Shown here: positions 10,709-20,503 of the stretch, piece after piece | Position numbering within the stretch: position 1 is the stretch's first letter | How the letters are laid out: the number at the start of each line of letters is the position of its first letter | Assembly: GCA_963663965.2 (NCBI GenBank) | Contig: CAXXFK010000040.1 | Span: 64,001-128,000, forward strand | Length of the DNA: 64,000 nt | DNA from: Sedimentisphaerales bacterium | GTDB taxonomy: Bacteria; Planctomycetota; Phycisphaerae; Sedimentisphaerales; SM23-30 | Direction: 5' to 3' | The notes under the pieces: model-generated | Told to the model about the DNA's origin: nothing | What the model saw: only the letters and a program-made list of their open reading frames with translations | The model's database searches: none | Program-made: the position numbers and the translations under genes

Positions 10709-12283
10709 TCAATAGTATAAGGTTTCGGTCAGAGTCGAATCTTCCAGCCAACTCTGTGCTAAAGCCGCAAAATCGGCAAGATCGACAACACAGTTGCCCG
10801 TGATATCGCCGGCCGGATCGCCCGCATAGCCGGGAGACTGACGGGCGGCCTGGCAGGAATTGGCGTATACCCCAACCTGGCACTGAGCCGACTCTTCCCA
10901 ATAGCCATCATTGACGGTAAGTGTCAAAGTCCGTACACCGGTCGAACTGATAGTCAGCGTTGGATCTTCAATCGCCGCGTTGTCAAATACAACATCCGGA
11001 TCATCCGCAGGATCAACCGTCCATGCATAGGTTATTCCAGTTGTATCATCAACCACAGTAGCATCCATCAGAATAACCGCTTTGCCGGTTACCTCATCAA
11101 GCCAGGAGCTTACATTCTTAATGCTTATTTCAGGCTTAGCGTTATCAATTACCAAAAATTTTAGTACAGCACCTTCGATAGTGCTGCCGCTTCCATTATC
11201 AATATCAACCTGCCAGTAATAGGTTTGGCCGGCAACAATTGGCTGCGGAGCGGATGAGCTGCGAGTGCCGGTGGTCACAATCATGCCATCAACGGCCTTG
11301 CTGTAAACAGCCGGATTCAATTTGTTGGGGTCTGTACCAAACCAGACATCTGCATTCATAGTCGCGCCGACATGATTTGGATCGATATAATTATCCCATT
11401 CCAGGGTAACGGTGCCCGAGCCCCCAGTTGTCAGGATGATGCCGTTGTACTCAGGAAAAGGATTAAGTGGATTTATCGCTGTAACGGTCGTACGCCCCGG
11501 AGTAGTTTCATTGTAGTCATAAACAATTGTACCTTTGCCGCCAAAGCCAACCAGTTCTCCGCGGTCTATCATCGTTTGAACATCTGTCGTCCTGTTTCCG
11601 TTAATAATCCATGTTGCAAAATCAATATCGACATTCAGACTGCCGGTCGGGCTATCGTAGAGGGCTAATACGGCTGGATTTAAATATCCAGTGTCAAAAA
11701 GACCATCATTCAAGTCCAGCGTAACCTGACATTTTGACTCGTAAGCACCCAATTGGTCGTTCTTTATTGTTCCACCGTTCAAGATTAACTTACCTTGCCG
11801 CGTACCTGAACCCCAGTCACCGAATAACATCAGCCCACATTCTGCGTAACCGCCTTCGTTGACGATAAGGGTTCCATTGGCATTCTGGCCACCGCAAAAG
11901 GTGAATCTTTGACCCGGGTTGTTCCAGGTTCCGTCGACCTCGGCAGTAAAAGTGGAGGAACCTGCCTCTCTTGAAATGAAGACGGTCCCGCCTGAATTCA
12001 GAGTGGCTCCCGGGGCGATGTACAAACTACTTACACCGCCATAATGGCCGAATGATCCTGCACCATGCGAATAACTTTCGCCGGCAGGTATTTCTACAGC
12101 ACCGCTTGGGATTCTGACTTCATCAGCGGATGTTGGCACAGTCCCGCTATTCCAGTTTGCCCCAGTACCCCAGTTGGAGTCCGAACCGCCGCCTGTCCAG
12201 CTGACAATTGCAGCCAAAGCCGGGGTACTGATACAAGCTATACACACCAATAAAAAGGTTCTTTTCAATAAAACAGTACTCAT
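10709..12283 (-). CDS. Secreted Phycisphaerae-type surface protein (beta-rich N-terminus, PKD-like domain, dockerin-like tail)
   Basis: Signal peptide, WTGGGSDSNWGTGANW, VWFGTDPN, YYWQVD, LTLTVNDG, GDITGNCVVDLADF..WL. Confidence 0.75.
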   Translation of the reverse strand: MSTVLLKRTFLLVCIACISTPALAAIVSWTGGGSDSNWGTGANWNSGTVPTSADEVRIPSGAVEIPAGESYSHGAGSFGHYGGVSSLYIAPGATLNSGGTVFISREAGSSTFTAEVDGTWNNPGQRFTFCGGQNANGTLIVNEGGYAECGLMLFGDWGSGTRQGKLILNGGTIKNDQLGAYESKCQVTLDLNDGLFDTGYLNPAVLALYDSPTGSLNVDIDFATWIINGNRTTDVQTMIDRGELVGFGGKGTIVYDYNETTPGRTTVTAINPLNPFPEYNGIILTTGGSGTVTLEWDNYIDPNHVGATMNADVWFGTDPNKLNPAVYSKAVDGMIVTTGTRSSSAPQPIVAGQTYYWQVDIDNGSGSTIEGAVLKFLVIDNAKPEISIKNVSSWLDEVTGKAVILMDATVVDDTTGITYAWTVDPADDPDVVFDNAAIEDPTLTISSTGVRTLTLTVNDGYWEESAQCQVGVYANSCQAARQSPGYAGDPAGDITGNCVVDLADFAALAQSWLEDSTLTETLYY

Positions 12284-12558
12284 TTTGCACCTCGAAAATA
12301 AAAAAGTGAAAAGGTTACAACTTTAGAATATCAAACAGTTAGCTTTTCTGTTTGTATCTACACAAACCTGATATTCTTCTGTCGCTTTGACTGACGGCCA
12401 CCAAAGCCGCCATCGTACAGGTTAACATGAAACGACTAACATTTTCGCCATTCAATTCTCCTTACAAAAAATTTAAACATTAACTTTGATACATCCACAA
12501 TTTGCTTTTTTCAGTTTAGCAGTATACTTTAAAAGCCATGTCTATTTGCGCTTTCTTC

Positions 12559-14265
12559 TCAATCCTGCAAAATCAGCTCAGGCGCCCCAAAAACACCGTG
12601 GTCATTATCATTGCTCTGCTGGCCGCAAGTGACGAGCAAGGTTATAAACCGGTGAGTTCCCTCAGTCAGGTCAATTTCAACAGGAACAGCGTTGTTTTCA
12701 ATATGCTTCAGCGATTGATAAAAAACCGGTTTTCCATCCAGGAAAACATGGAAATCCGCCGTCCTTTCGGGGTCATAGTTGTTTTTAATGATTGACTCAT
12801 TAATTCCGCATAACGCCTTGAATGAAACAATGCTGAGACCGGAAATGTTTTGCCGAATCTTATCCAGATCAAAGGTGATCCCGCAGTTAGCATGTATCAG
12901 GATCGCGGGGTTCTCATCGACGCCATATCTTGTTCCGTTCAGAGTCACTATACCCTCTTTACGGTATGGCTGCGTCTGAATCCTCCACCGCATGCTTCCT
13001 GTGAGCTCGGGAAAGTCTGGAATACTTAAACCGGTTGTGCTGAGCGGCAGGTTTCCGCTCGCCTCGTACCCGGGGACGATCACACAGTCCACAGCAGGCA
13101 GATCAGGGACCGCTCGCATATACGACAAGTGTAATTTCGTCACTCCGGAAGGATCGGACCCCAAAGGCGTCTCCTCAGTAGCAGTAAAGCGGCCCGTATC
13201 AGGCATAATACAGAATCCTTTCCTTCCCGTTCCAAAACCATTTCCACCGCTCACAATATCGGCAAGATCAATACTTTTTTTACCCTTCCAAATAAAATTG
13301 TTAATGGAGTCAATCTGATGAACAAACCGAGTCTTATTGTAGGGTATATCCCTGACAAATCCATCGTTGTAAACCTTTTTGGCGGCGCCGGCATCCACAT
13401 TTACCTCGGATTTATTGCCGCTTTGAAAACCAGTGAAAAGCACTGTCCTGCCTTTGGTTACATGCAGTTGAGTTTCTTTGTTTGTATCGACTTCAACACC
13501 GAACTCGGTGCCCAGGTCAACGATCTTATTATCTCCGGCCACAACTGAAAAGCCCCTTGCTCTTTCGGGAACAATGGTATAAATACGGCCGCGTACCAAC
13601 TCCATTTCATTATCATTCAGCAAAACCCATGTAGCGGGAGCTTCGATTGTCATATTTGTCCCGCTATTAAAATCAATACTCACATAGCCATGGGTTAATC
13701 GGTAGGTTTTTTGGATTAGATGGCCATTCTGGTCGGGCGTTTGCATTGAGTGATCCCAAACAGCGCCGATCTGGTCGATAAGCCGGGCGACTACGGGAGG
13801 GGAGGGGGCGTTTTGGTGTCGTGTGAGCCAGACGTCAAACCACAACAATGCCATAAATGGCATCATAAAACAGGCCACATTAAACAGTATCCGCCGTCGG
13901 TAACCAACCGGACGGGGGCCGCGAGGGGTATAGCTTCGGCCCACCATATCTTCTTCCGGTTCTTCCATAACAATCCTGGGGGCGGTCTTTTCTTCTTCGG
14001 CCAGTTTCTCTAATGAACAGGTGATATCTTCAGAGACATCATCCCCTCCTCTACCGATAACATCAGCTTCTGATGCCTTGAGATTGTCTTTGCTCAAATG
14101 CCAATCCAACCCGGTATGAACAACCATAAGCTCCAGGTAATATTTCATTGCTTGCGGGTCAGCCGCTAGAATCTTGCCCAGTAACTCTTGCTGCTGATCA
14201 TCGGCACTGCCATTCATAACCGCAATAATCAGCTCGCCCAGATCTGTTTTATCTATATGCTTCAT
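12559..14265 (-). CDS. FecR-like anti-sigma factor with C-terminal NPCBM-like domain
   Basis: Single TM helix, IVDLGTEFGV FecR motif, HANCGITFDL...DHGVFGAPEL; abuts the ECF sigma gene. Confidence 0.88.
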   Translation of the reverse strand: MKHIDKTDLGELIIAVMNGSADDQQQELLGKILAADPQAMKYYLELMVVHTGLDWHLSKDNLKASEADVIGRGGDDVSEDITCSLEKLAEEEKTAPRIVMEEPEEDMVGRSYTPRGPRPVGYRRRILFNVACFMMPFMALLWFDVWLTRHQNAPSPPVVARLIDQIGAVWDHSMQTPDQNGHLIQKTYRLTHGYVSIDFNSGTNMTIEAPATWVLLNDNEMELVRGRIYTIVPERARGFSVVAGDNKIVDLGTEFGVEVDTNKETQLHVTKGRTVLFTGFQSGNKSEVNVDAGAAKKVYNDGFVRDIPYNKTRFVHQIDSINNFIWKGKKSIDLADIVSGGNGFGTGRKGFCIMPDTGRFTATEETPLGSDPSGVTKLHLSYMRAVPDLPAVDCVIVPGYEASGNLPLSTTGLSIPDFPELTGSMRWRIQTQPYRKEGIVTLNGTRYGVDENPAILIHANCGITFDLDKIRQNISGLSIVSFKALCGINESIIKNNYDPERTADFHVFLDGKPVFYQSLKHIENNAVPVEIDLTEGTHRFITLLVTCGQQSNDNDHGVFGAPELILQD

Positions 14266-14861
14266 TATATATCTTCTGTACGCAATTTCCAGTTAATGCA
14301 TTCCATTAACTGGCTGTTTATTCTCGCCATAACCTTATAAAGACCTTGGATCGAACGGCCGGCCTCCTCGGCAATGGATTTGATCGTCTTCTTTTGTTCG
14401 TAATGTAATTTCAGCAATTTAATATCCTTACCGGGCAATTTCTTCAAACATTCCTGCAAATGACCTATCCTGCTATCGGTCTGGTTCACCGTGGAGGATG
14501 CCGATTCAATGATCTTACGAAACTGCTCATCGTTGAAATGGATCCGGCTGCGCTGCATCTTCTTGCGATAAGCCATGACCTTATTCAACGCAATTTTTGC
14601 ACCCCAACCAAAAAAATTCGTCCCGGGCTCAAATTCGCCAAATTTCTGCCACATCACCGAGGCCGTCTCCTGCATGAGATCATCCGCATCAGCAACATTT
14701 GTCACTAACATCAGGATATAGGCCCGTATCCGGTTCTGATGCAGCATGAACAGGCTAAAGAATAACTTCGATTGTTCGTTTTCCATTTTCATATTATTGA
14801 CCGGAAAGTCCGAATATGTACATATTTTAGACAATCTCCTATTATCTGCCGGGCTGTCCAT
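14265..14861 (-). CDS. ECF sigma-70 factor (Rhodopirellula/Verrucomicrobium type)
   Basis: DADDLMQET..WQKF.EFEPGTNF.GW, LQECLKKL, SIAEEAGRS. The true start may be at MKMENE. Confidence 0.92.
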   Translation of the reverse strand: MDSPADNRRLSKICTYSDFPVNNMKMENEQSKLFFSLFMLHQNRIRAYILMLVTNVADADDLMQETASVMWQKFGEFEPGTNFFGWGAKIALNKVMAYRKKMQRSRIHFNDEQFRKIIESASSTVNQTDSRIGHLQECLKKLPGKDIKLLKLHYEQKKTIKSIAEEAGRSIQGLYKVMARINSQLMECINWKLRTEDI

Positions 14862-15128
14862 AAACTAGCAATTAATACTATTCCCTTATCGCCGAGAGCA
14901 CCATCCCAAAAAATTGAGGGCAAGTGAATACATTTCACACCTATTTATTACCTGCCAATTATAAATTAGAGCATAAATATTAAAAAACCAACCATAATTA
15001 CCATAAGTATATACATAACATAACGTTACAAGAACACCGAATTCTCACCTTTAAAAAGAGCCAAGGTTACTGAATCAGCATGACATCCAGCCCCCTACTA
15101 CCCTATTTGTGATAATCCACTCCCCCAT

Positions 15129-15155
15129 ACCTCCGTGACAACCCTGCCATTTTCC
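15129..15155 (+). repeat. 27-bp direct repeat, left copy
   Basis: ACCTCCGTGACAACCCTGCCATTTTCC, identical at 17363-17389. Confidence 0.95.
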
Positions 15156-15167
15156 AGTTGTCCTTTT

Positions 15168-15516
15168 GTCTTTTTGACTCCTGCCAGATATAAGCTGGTC
15201 TGTCAGAAATGGCAGGAAATTCGACTGGCAGGAAAAGACAGAAGAAGAATGGACTAATGAGAAAATGGCTAATAATATACTCAGAAATTTTAAAAGGCAT
15301 TGTCTAAAAATAGACATTCGAACCCCTCTCAAACTCAATATTCACTGTTTGAGAAAGGCCTATGGCACGACTCAGGCAAATCATGGTGTTCCTTTTCAGA
15401 CACTCCAAAAAATGATGGGGCATAGTTCGATAGTCACGACCATGCAATATTACCTTATAAGTAGTCCTGAGCAGGAAGAAAAGGCAAAAAGGGTGATGGA
15501 GGAGGTCATGGGGTAG
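15168..15516 (+). pseudogene. Tyrosine recombinase/integrase C-terminal remnant
   Basis: IHCLRKAYGT...LQKMMGHSSIVTTMQYY (HxxR, GH and catalytic Y). An upstream frame (VFLTPARY..W) appears frameshifted; the N-terminus is absent. Confidence 0.88.
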
Positions 15517-15558
15517 GGGGGGAAGTGATTAAATGGCGAAATGAATACTGGCATCAAT

Positions 15559-16068
15559 CTACAAATCAAGCTTCTCTTTAAATCTTTTAAGTGTTTGCAT
15601 TTTAATATATTTGTTCTTGGATTGAATATCTTGAGCAATATGATATGCTTTCTTGTCTGTTATTACCTTTGCAGAAACCAAATATAGCATAATTTCCAAT
15701 CCCCAGATACAGTGTATTTTATGGAGAGAACATATAGTTCTCAAAGGCTTGTCATTAGTAAGGCAAGTCCAATCCTTATCTCGTGCCATAACAAAACAGA
15801 TGGCGTCCTCTCCTGACAGAGAAGGCTTTTTCATTCTGATTTTAGTTGCCTCAATGATTTGTAATAATGTTGGTTCGACTATTACAATACCGAGGTCCAG
15901 AACCTCTTTAATGCTTAATTGGTCAACTTCTTTTAAAACAGGCAATGGGATGTATAGCGTTTGAACATGCTTACTGATTAGCCTTAGAAGATCAGGTGCA
16001 GACTTGGCATAATCTATCAAAACATTAGCATCAGATATTATTCCGGCTTTGATAGTTGTTTTTGTCAT
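15559..16068 (-). CDS. PIN-domain protein (putative ribonuclease toxin)
   Basis: IISDANVLID, EV, LSGEDA, LTNDKPLR acidic PIN pattern; ATGA overlap with the upstream gene. Confidence 0.8.
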   Translation of the reverse strand: MTKTTIKAGIISDANVLIDYAKSAPDLLRLISKHVQTLYIPLPVLKEVDQLSIKEVLDLGIVIVEPTLLQIIEATKIRMKKPSLSGEDAICFVMARDKDWTCLTNDKPLRTICSLHKIHCIWGLEIMLYLVSAKVITDKKAYHIAQDIQSKNKYIKMQTLKRFKEKLDL

Positions 16069-17189
16069 ACAGATATTTCCGCCCATGAATTGATTATCTC
16101 CCTCATATTCATGAGCGATACATTTAATATTTCTGCTGCTCGACTAACAGTAATTTCTGCTTTATCCAATGCTTTTCTGACAAGGGAAACGAGATAATCT
16201 TCTACGAAGTCAGGTTTAGTAAGTGGGAATGGTTCTTTGTGAGAACCCAGATTATCTCCATATTTGAGTTTATAGATAGCATGGAATTTTTGTGATAATT
16301 TTCCATAGTCGCCTAATTTCATGTCTGACAACCGATGCAAAACAGCCTGATAACTAACGCCAAAATACCGTTTAATGTGCAAAATACGATCAATGAATCC
16401 AAGTCCATAGGATTCATCAAGTTTCTTTTTGAAAGTCTCATCTGGCATCAAGAAATATCCTGCGAAGATATTCGCTTCTTTTTCTTCTTGTTCGGATTCT
16501 TCCGTTTGAACAGGATCATATGCCTTTGGATGTAATATGAGATGTCCTAATTCATGGGCAACAGTAAATATTTGCCTTTCAATCGATATATTGAAATTAT
16601 TATTAACCATGATTGCAGGTCCACCATCTAATTCTGATATAGAAAAGCCAAAGAAATGCTTAAGATCAAAACTTTGAGTTTTAATCTTGATGCCGGCATT
16701 TTCCATTAAGCCAATAATGTCTCCAATTGGCTCATCTACTTTCAATTTCAATGCCAATCTCGTCAATTCAGCAGACTTTTTGGGACGGTCAGATTTTATT
16801 TTTCCCGCATCTTGAATGACTTTTTTGAGTTTATATTCTTTTTTGTCTGCAACTATTGATTGGAGGTGATTGAAATTCTTAAGCCAGTACGCTGCGTCAA
16901 TCAGGTATTGTTCCTTTTTAGCCTCTTCTTTTTGATTTTTGATTGAATTACTTCTGAACCGAACCGTATTGAGTTTGATGGGTTCTTCAAATAAATCTAC
17001 AATTGATACATCTAAGGCGTCGGCAATTGCCTGTAGATTACTTACCTTAGGATCTTTAGTCTTCCCGCTTTCAATATCAACAAAGGCTTGTCGTGAAATG
17101 TTTGCGGACCTTGAGATAGCAGTCTGGGTAATACCCCGACTGATTCTTATTCGTTTTATATTTATGGAAAGCAGTTCTTGTGGATTCAT
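16065..17189 (-). CDS. XRE HTH + ImmA/IrrE family Zn metallopeptidase
   Basis: N-terminal HTH (ISRQAFVDIESG), RQIFTVAHELGH (HEXXH), EKEANIFAGYFLMP. Confidence 0.93.
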   Translation of the reverse strand: MNPQELLSINIKRIRISRGITQTAISRSANISRQAFVDIESGKTKDPKVSNLQAIADALDVSIVDLFEEPIKLNTVRFRSNSIKNQKEEAKKEQYLIDAAYWLKNFNHLQSIVADKKEYKLKKVIQDAGKIKSDRPKKSAELTRLALKLKVDEPIGDIIGLMENAGIKIKTQSFDLKHFFGFSISELDGGPAIMVNNNFNISIERQIFTVAHELGHLILHPKAYDPVQTEESEQEEKEANIFAGYFLMPDETFKKKLDESYGLGFIDRILHIKRYFGVSYQAVLHRLSDMKLGDYGKLSQKFHAIYKLKYGDNLGSHKEPFPLTKPDFVEDYLVSLVRKALDKAEITVSRAAEILNVSLMNMREIINSWAEISV

Positions 17190-17253
17190 GATGCCACCCA
17201 ATCATTTATTTACATAGTATCTTTAATAACACAATATGACAAGCTGACTTTAC

Positions 17254-17283
17254 ATTATATGCATCGTCTACAATAACTGTCAA
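17254..17283 (-). promoter_or_regulatory. Consensus sigma70 promoter for the XRE-ImmA/PIN operon
   Basis: Minus strand TTGACA-N18-TATAAT. A second, inverted TGACA at 17237 could form an operator. Confidence 0.75.
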
Positions 17284-17362
17284 GTTGAATATTTTCATTA
17301 TATTTCCCACAATTCATGTTGTAGCCCTAAAACTGACACAGTTAACACAAACCCACCCCCTG

Positions 17363-17389
17363 ACCTCCGTGACAACCCTGCCATTTTCC
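17363..17389 (+). repeat. 27-bp direct repeat, right copy
   Basis: Identical to 15129-15155. Confidence 0.95.
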
Positions 17390-17535
17390 CCGTTCACCCC
17401 CCACACCCTCACCACTCAAAACCAGAATGCCAAAGACGCTGTACAGTCGCTGGGAGGAGTATTTAAGCAATTTCGACCTGTTTCATAAAATAAAAAAACT
17501 CCTGCAAAAGTTTATTTCACAAGAGTTAAAAAAAC

Positions 17536-17609
17536 TAGCGGCGGCCGGAATTGAACCGGCGACCTGCGGGCTATGAATCCGCCGCTCTAACCATCTGAGC
17601 TACACCGCC
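17536..17609 (-). tRNA. tRNA-Met (CAT), elongator type, no encoded CCA
   Basis: GGCGGTG TA GCTCAGATGGTTAGAGC G GCGGA TTCATAG CCCGC AGGTC GCCGG TTCAATT CCGGC CGCCGCT A cloverleaf. Confidence 0.95.
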
Positions 17610-17802
17610 ACATATTCAATTGTTAATCTCTCGATCTCTCAAATCGATCCTCCAGCCCGGCCAGACTGTCTCATCTGCCAGCCAGAGCCGCATATTATAG
17701 CCCGGCCACCGCCCTTTTGTAAAGTATAATTTAACACTTTCGCCCGCCTCCGCCATCGCAAACATAAATCGATTATCAACAAATACTTATACACAACCTC
17801 CC

Positions 17803-18372
17803 TTACGGATCAGCCTGGATCCGCTTCACCCGCCGCGGGATCTCAATCACATCGCCCGGCTTCAGCCCCAGCGCCTCCGCCTGACCCGCCGCCAGTTCCA
17901 GGGCATACATCACTGCCGAATGGCTGTTGTACAACTCCGTCTGCTCACCCGGCGGCGGCGCCTTCATCGTCATCACCGAATCGATCTGTCCGGTCGCCCG
18001 GATAAACACAATATCGATATCCATCCGGCAGTTTTCCATATGAAACGTCAGCGGCTGCGTTCGCCCAAACACAAACAACATCCCCGTATCGGGCGGCATT
18101 GATTCCCGGTACATCAATCCCAGCCGCCGGGCCGACTCGGTATACGCCAGTTCCACCTCATGCTTCACCCCGCCCAATACCAGCGTCTCGGTCGGCAGCT
18201 TCGGATTCCCCAGGTACGGCTCACTTACCTGCCCCGGCTCAACGACGCCAGTGCCACCATCCGACGCCGGACCCGCCTCATCCCGCTTCGTACAAGAAGG
18301 CGTCAGCAGAATCGGAACCAGCAACACCGTTGTCAAAACTGTCATCATCATCGTTCGTTTCCACATATCCAT
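17803..18372 (-). CDS. DUF192 domain lipoprotein
   Basis: VELA...R..GLMYRE....GMLFVF...FHM...IDIVFI...YALELAAG; start uncertain. Confidence 0.9.
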   Translation of the reverse strand: MDMWKRTMMMTVLTTVLLVPILLTPSCTKRDEAGPASDGGTGVVEPGQVSEPYLGNPKLPTETLVLGGVKHEVELAYTESARRLGLMYRESMPPDTGMLFVFGRTQPLTFHMENCRMDIDIVFIRATGQIDSVMTMKAPPPGEQTELYNSHSAVMYALELAAGQAEALGLKPGDVIEIPRRVKRIQADP

Positions 18373-18696
18373 TCTCAACAGGTTACACATCCACCCTATT
18401 GCATCTAAAAACAAATCAGGCCACAGACGCCAATCTCCCCATTCCCCGGCAGTTTTTCACCTTCTTGCCTTCTTATCTTCTTGCCTTTTCGCCTTTTAGC
18501 TTTTTTTATTGGTGTTTATTCGTACTACAATTCATAATTTCTTTGTTTTCTTAACAGGTATTTCTTGCATCAGTGTCAATAGGTTATTTTAAAACAACAA
18601 TTTGTATCGCTTAGCGCCTTTTGTCAACTTTTAACTCCGCCAGCAGATACCCACCCTTTGCGACTCAGCGTCTTTGCGTTAAATCGGCTGTTTTTC

Positions 18697-19392
18697 TTAG
18701 TGGCTTGGTGGCTTTGTGTGAGCTGTATTTTCTTTAGTTTCGGCTTGGCCGCCCCAGGGTTCTACTGTTCCCGTGTCATCCCCCGCTCCAACCTCCCGTG
18801 CGAATTCCCCGATCAATTCCCCCAGCCGCTCCATCGGCAGCCCGACAATATTCGATTCGCTTCCACTAATCGACTGCACAAACCGGTCGCCCCCCTCCTG
18901 CAGGGCATACGCTCCCGCCTTATCGCGCCAGGCCCCACTGGCCAGATAATCCTCCAACTCAGCCTCATCCATCGGCCGCATTACCAGTTCCGTCACCACA
19001 TGGGTCACCACCCGCCACCGCGCCGCCGCGCAGATCAGCGCCACCCCGGTAATCACCTCATTTCGCCCCCCGAACAGATTCGTCAATATCCGCCGCGCGT
19101 CCGCCAGATCCCGCGGCTTCCCCACCAGCGTCTCCCCATGCCGCACAATCGTATCCGCCCCGATCACCAGCGCCTCCGGATACCGCAGCGCCACCGCCGC
19201 CGCCTTGATATAAGCCAGCGACTCCGCCCAGTAGCCCGCTGCCGCGCCGCCTCCCTCCGCCGGCGCGCCCGGCTCCTCAATCTCCGGCCGCACCACCTCA
19301 AACGCGTACCCCGCCCCCAGCATCAACTCCCGCCGCCGCGGCGAGCCAGACGCCAGGATTATCGGATAAGCTAATTTAACTTTATGGGCCAT
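18697..19392 (-). CDS. maf: Maf family nucleoside triphosphate pyrophosphatase
   Basis: IILASGSPRRREL, IGADTIV, GKP, DKAGAYALQ, NIVGLP. Confidence 0.95.
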   Translation of the reverse strand: MAHKVKLAYPIILASGSPRRRELMLGAGYAFEVVRPEIEEPGAPAEGGGAAAGYWAESLAYIKAAAVALRYPEALVIGADTIVRHGETLVGKPRDLADARRILTNLFGGRNEVITGVALICAAARWRVVTHVVTELVMRPMDEAELEDYLASGAWRDKAGAYALQEGGDRFVQSISGSESNIVGLPMERLGELIGEFAREVGAGDDTGTVEPWGGQAETKENTAHTKPPSH

Positions 19393-19641
19393 ACTTGATC
19401 ATCCTCAAAACAAATATTATGGCACAATTGATCTAAAATTGCAACACACACTTAATTGATAATCAACTCAGCAATCACAACTATTGTTCCTTTTACAGAG
19501 AATATTTGCGACCTGTCTGCCAAGGTATTATAATCGTAATCAATTACTTCGAATCTAAAAGACTGAACTCAATTAATAATTCATTAGAAAATTTGTCGCA
19601 AAAAATTTCGATCCGGTTTTCTCAAAACAGGGAGATTTCGC

Positions 19642-20457
19642 ATGACAAACAAGCCTGAAAACCAACTCCGCCCCAAATTTCTACCCCCCAAATTCAAACC
19701 ATACTATCCCATTATCCAGTTAGCTTTAATCCTTGCCTGTGGTAGCATCGGTTGCCAGTCCTTCAACCACCAACCGGCCTCCTGCCCCACAGAACTCCTC
19801 AACCAGAACCCCATCAAAATCATCTGTTACGGCGATTCCATTACTGCCAGCGGCTGGCCGGCCATCCTGGGCCAGAAACTCAACCAGCCCACCCCCAATC
19901 GCTACCAGGTTATCAATCGCGGCCAGAGCGGCGACACCAGCGTGGGAGCGTACTATCGCATGCGCGACCAGATCCTGCCCGAACTGCCCGCCATCATGCT
20001 GATCGAGTTCGGTATCAACGACTCCAACTCACCCTTCTGGGGCAACATACTGCGGGTCAGCCCGGCCGAATACCGCCAGAAAATGACCGCCATCTGCCAG
20101 ACCATCCAGCAACGGGGCGGCTACCCCATTTTTATCATCAATCACCCCATCGTATTACCCGACCTGTCCAAAGTCGGCGGCGACGAACGTCGCCGGCAAA
20201 AAGTCCGGGCCTACTGGACCGAACCGGGCAACGGACAGAGCCCCATTATCAACCTTCAGAATTACAACAACATCGTCCGCGATATCGCCAAAAAATGCAA
20301 CGCGCCCACCATCGACCTCCCCGCCATTATGGCCCGCGACCAGATCGATCTTCCGGACTTACTCGCTGACGACGGCGTCCACCTGACCGATCAGGGCAAA
20401 GAGATCTACGCCTCCCTGGTTTACCGGCGATTAAACGCGATTTTATCTCAACAATAA
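19642..20457 (+). CDS. SGNH/GDSL hydrolase (lipoprotein)
   Basis: GDSIT, NRGQSG, FGINDS, DGVH. Confidence 0.9.
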   Translation: MTNKPENQLRPKFLPPKFKPYYPIIQLALILACGSIGCQSFNHQPASCPTELLNQNPIKIICYGDSITASGWPAILGQKLNQPTPNRYQVINRGQSGDTSVGAYYRMRDQILPELPAIMLIEFGINDSNSPFWGNILRVSPAEYRQKMTAICQTIQQRGGYPIFIINHPIVLPDLSKVGGDERRRQKVRAYWTEPGNGQSPIINLQNYNNIVRDIAKKCNAPTIDLPAIMARDQIDLPDLLADDGVHLTDQGKEIYASLVYRRLNAILSQQ

Positions 20458-20503
20458 TGCAACCGGGACTTTAGAACTCCAAAACAAAATGAAAGGGCTC
20501 CTC

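Noticed and set aside
18450..18725. TTCTTGCC and CTTTGCG/GTGGCTT short iterations as a novel element
   Set aside because: Low-complexity REP-like intergenic iterations (similar at ~27680 and ~43820) with no defined structure
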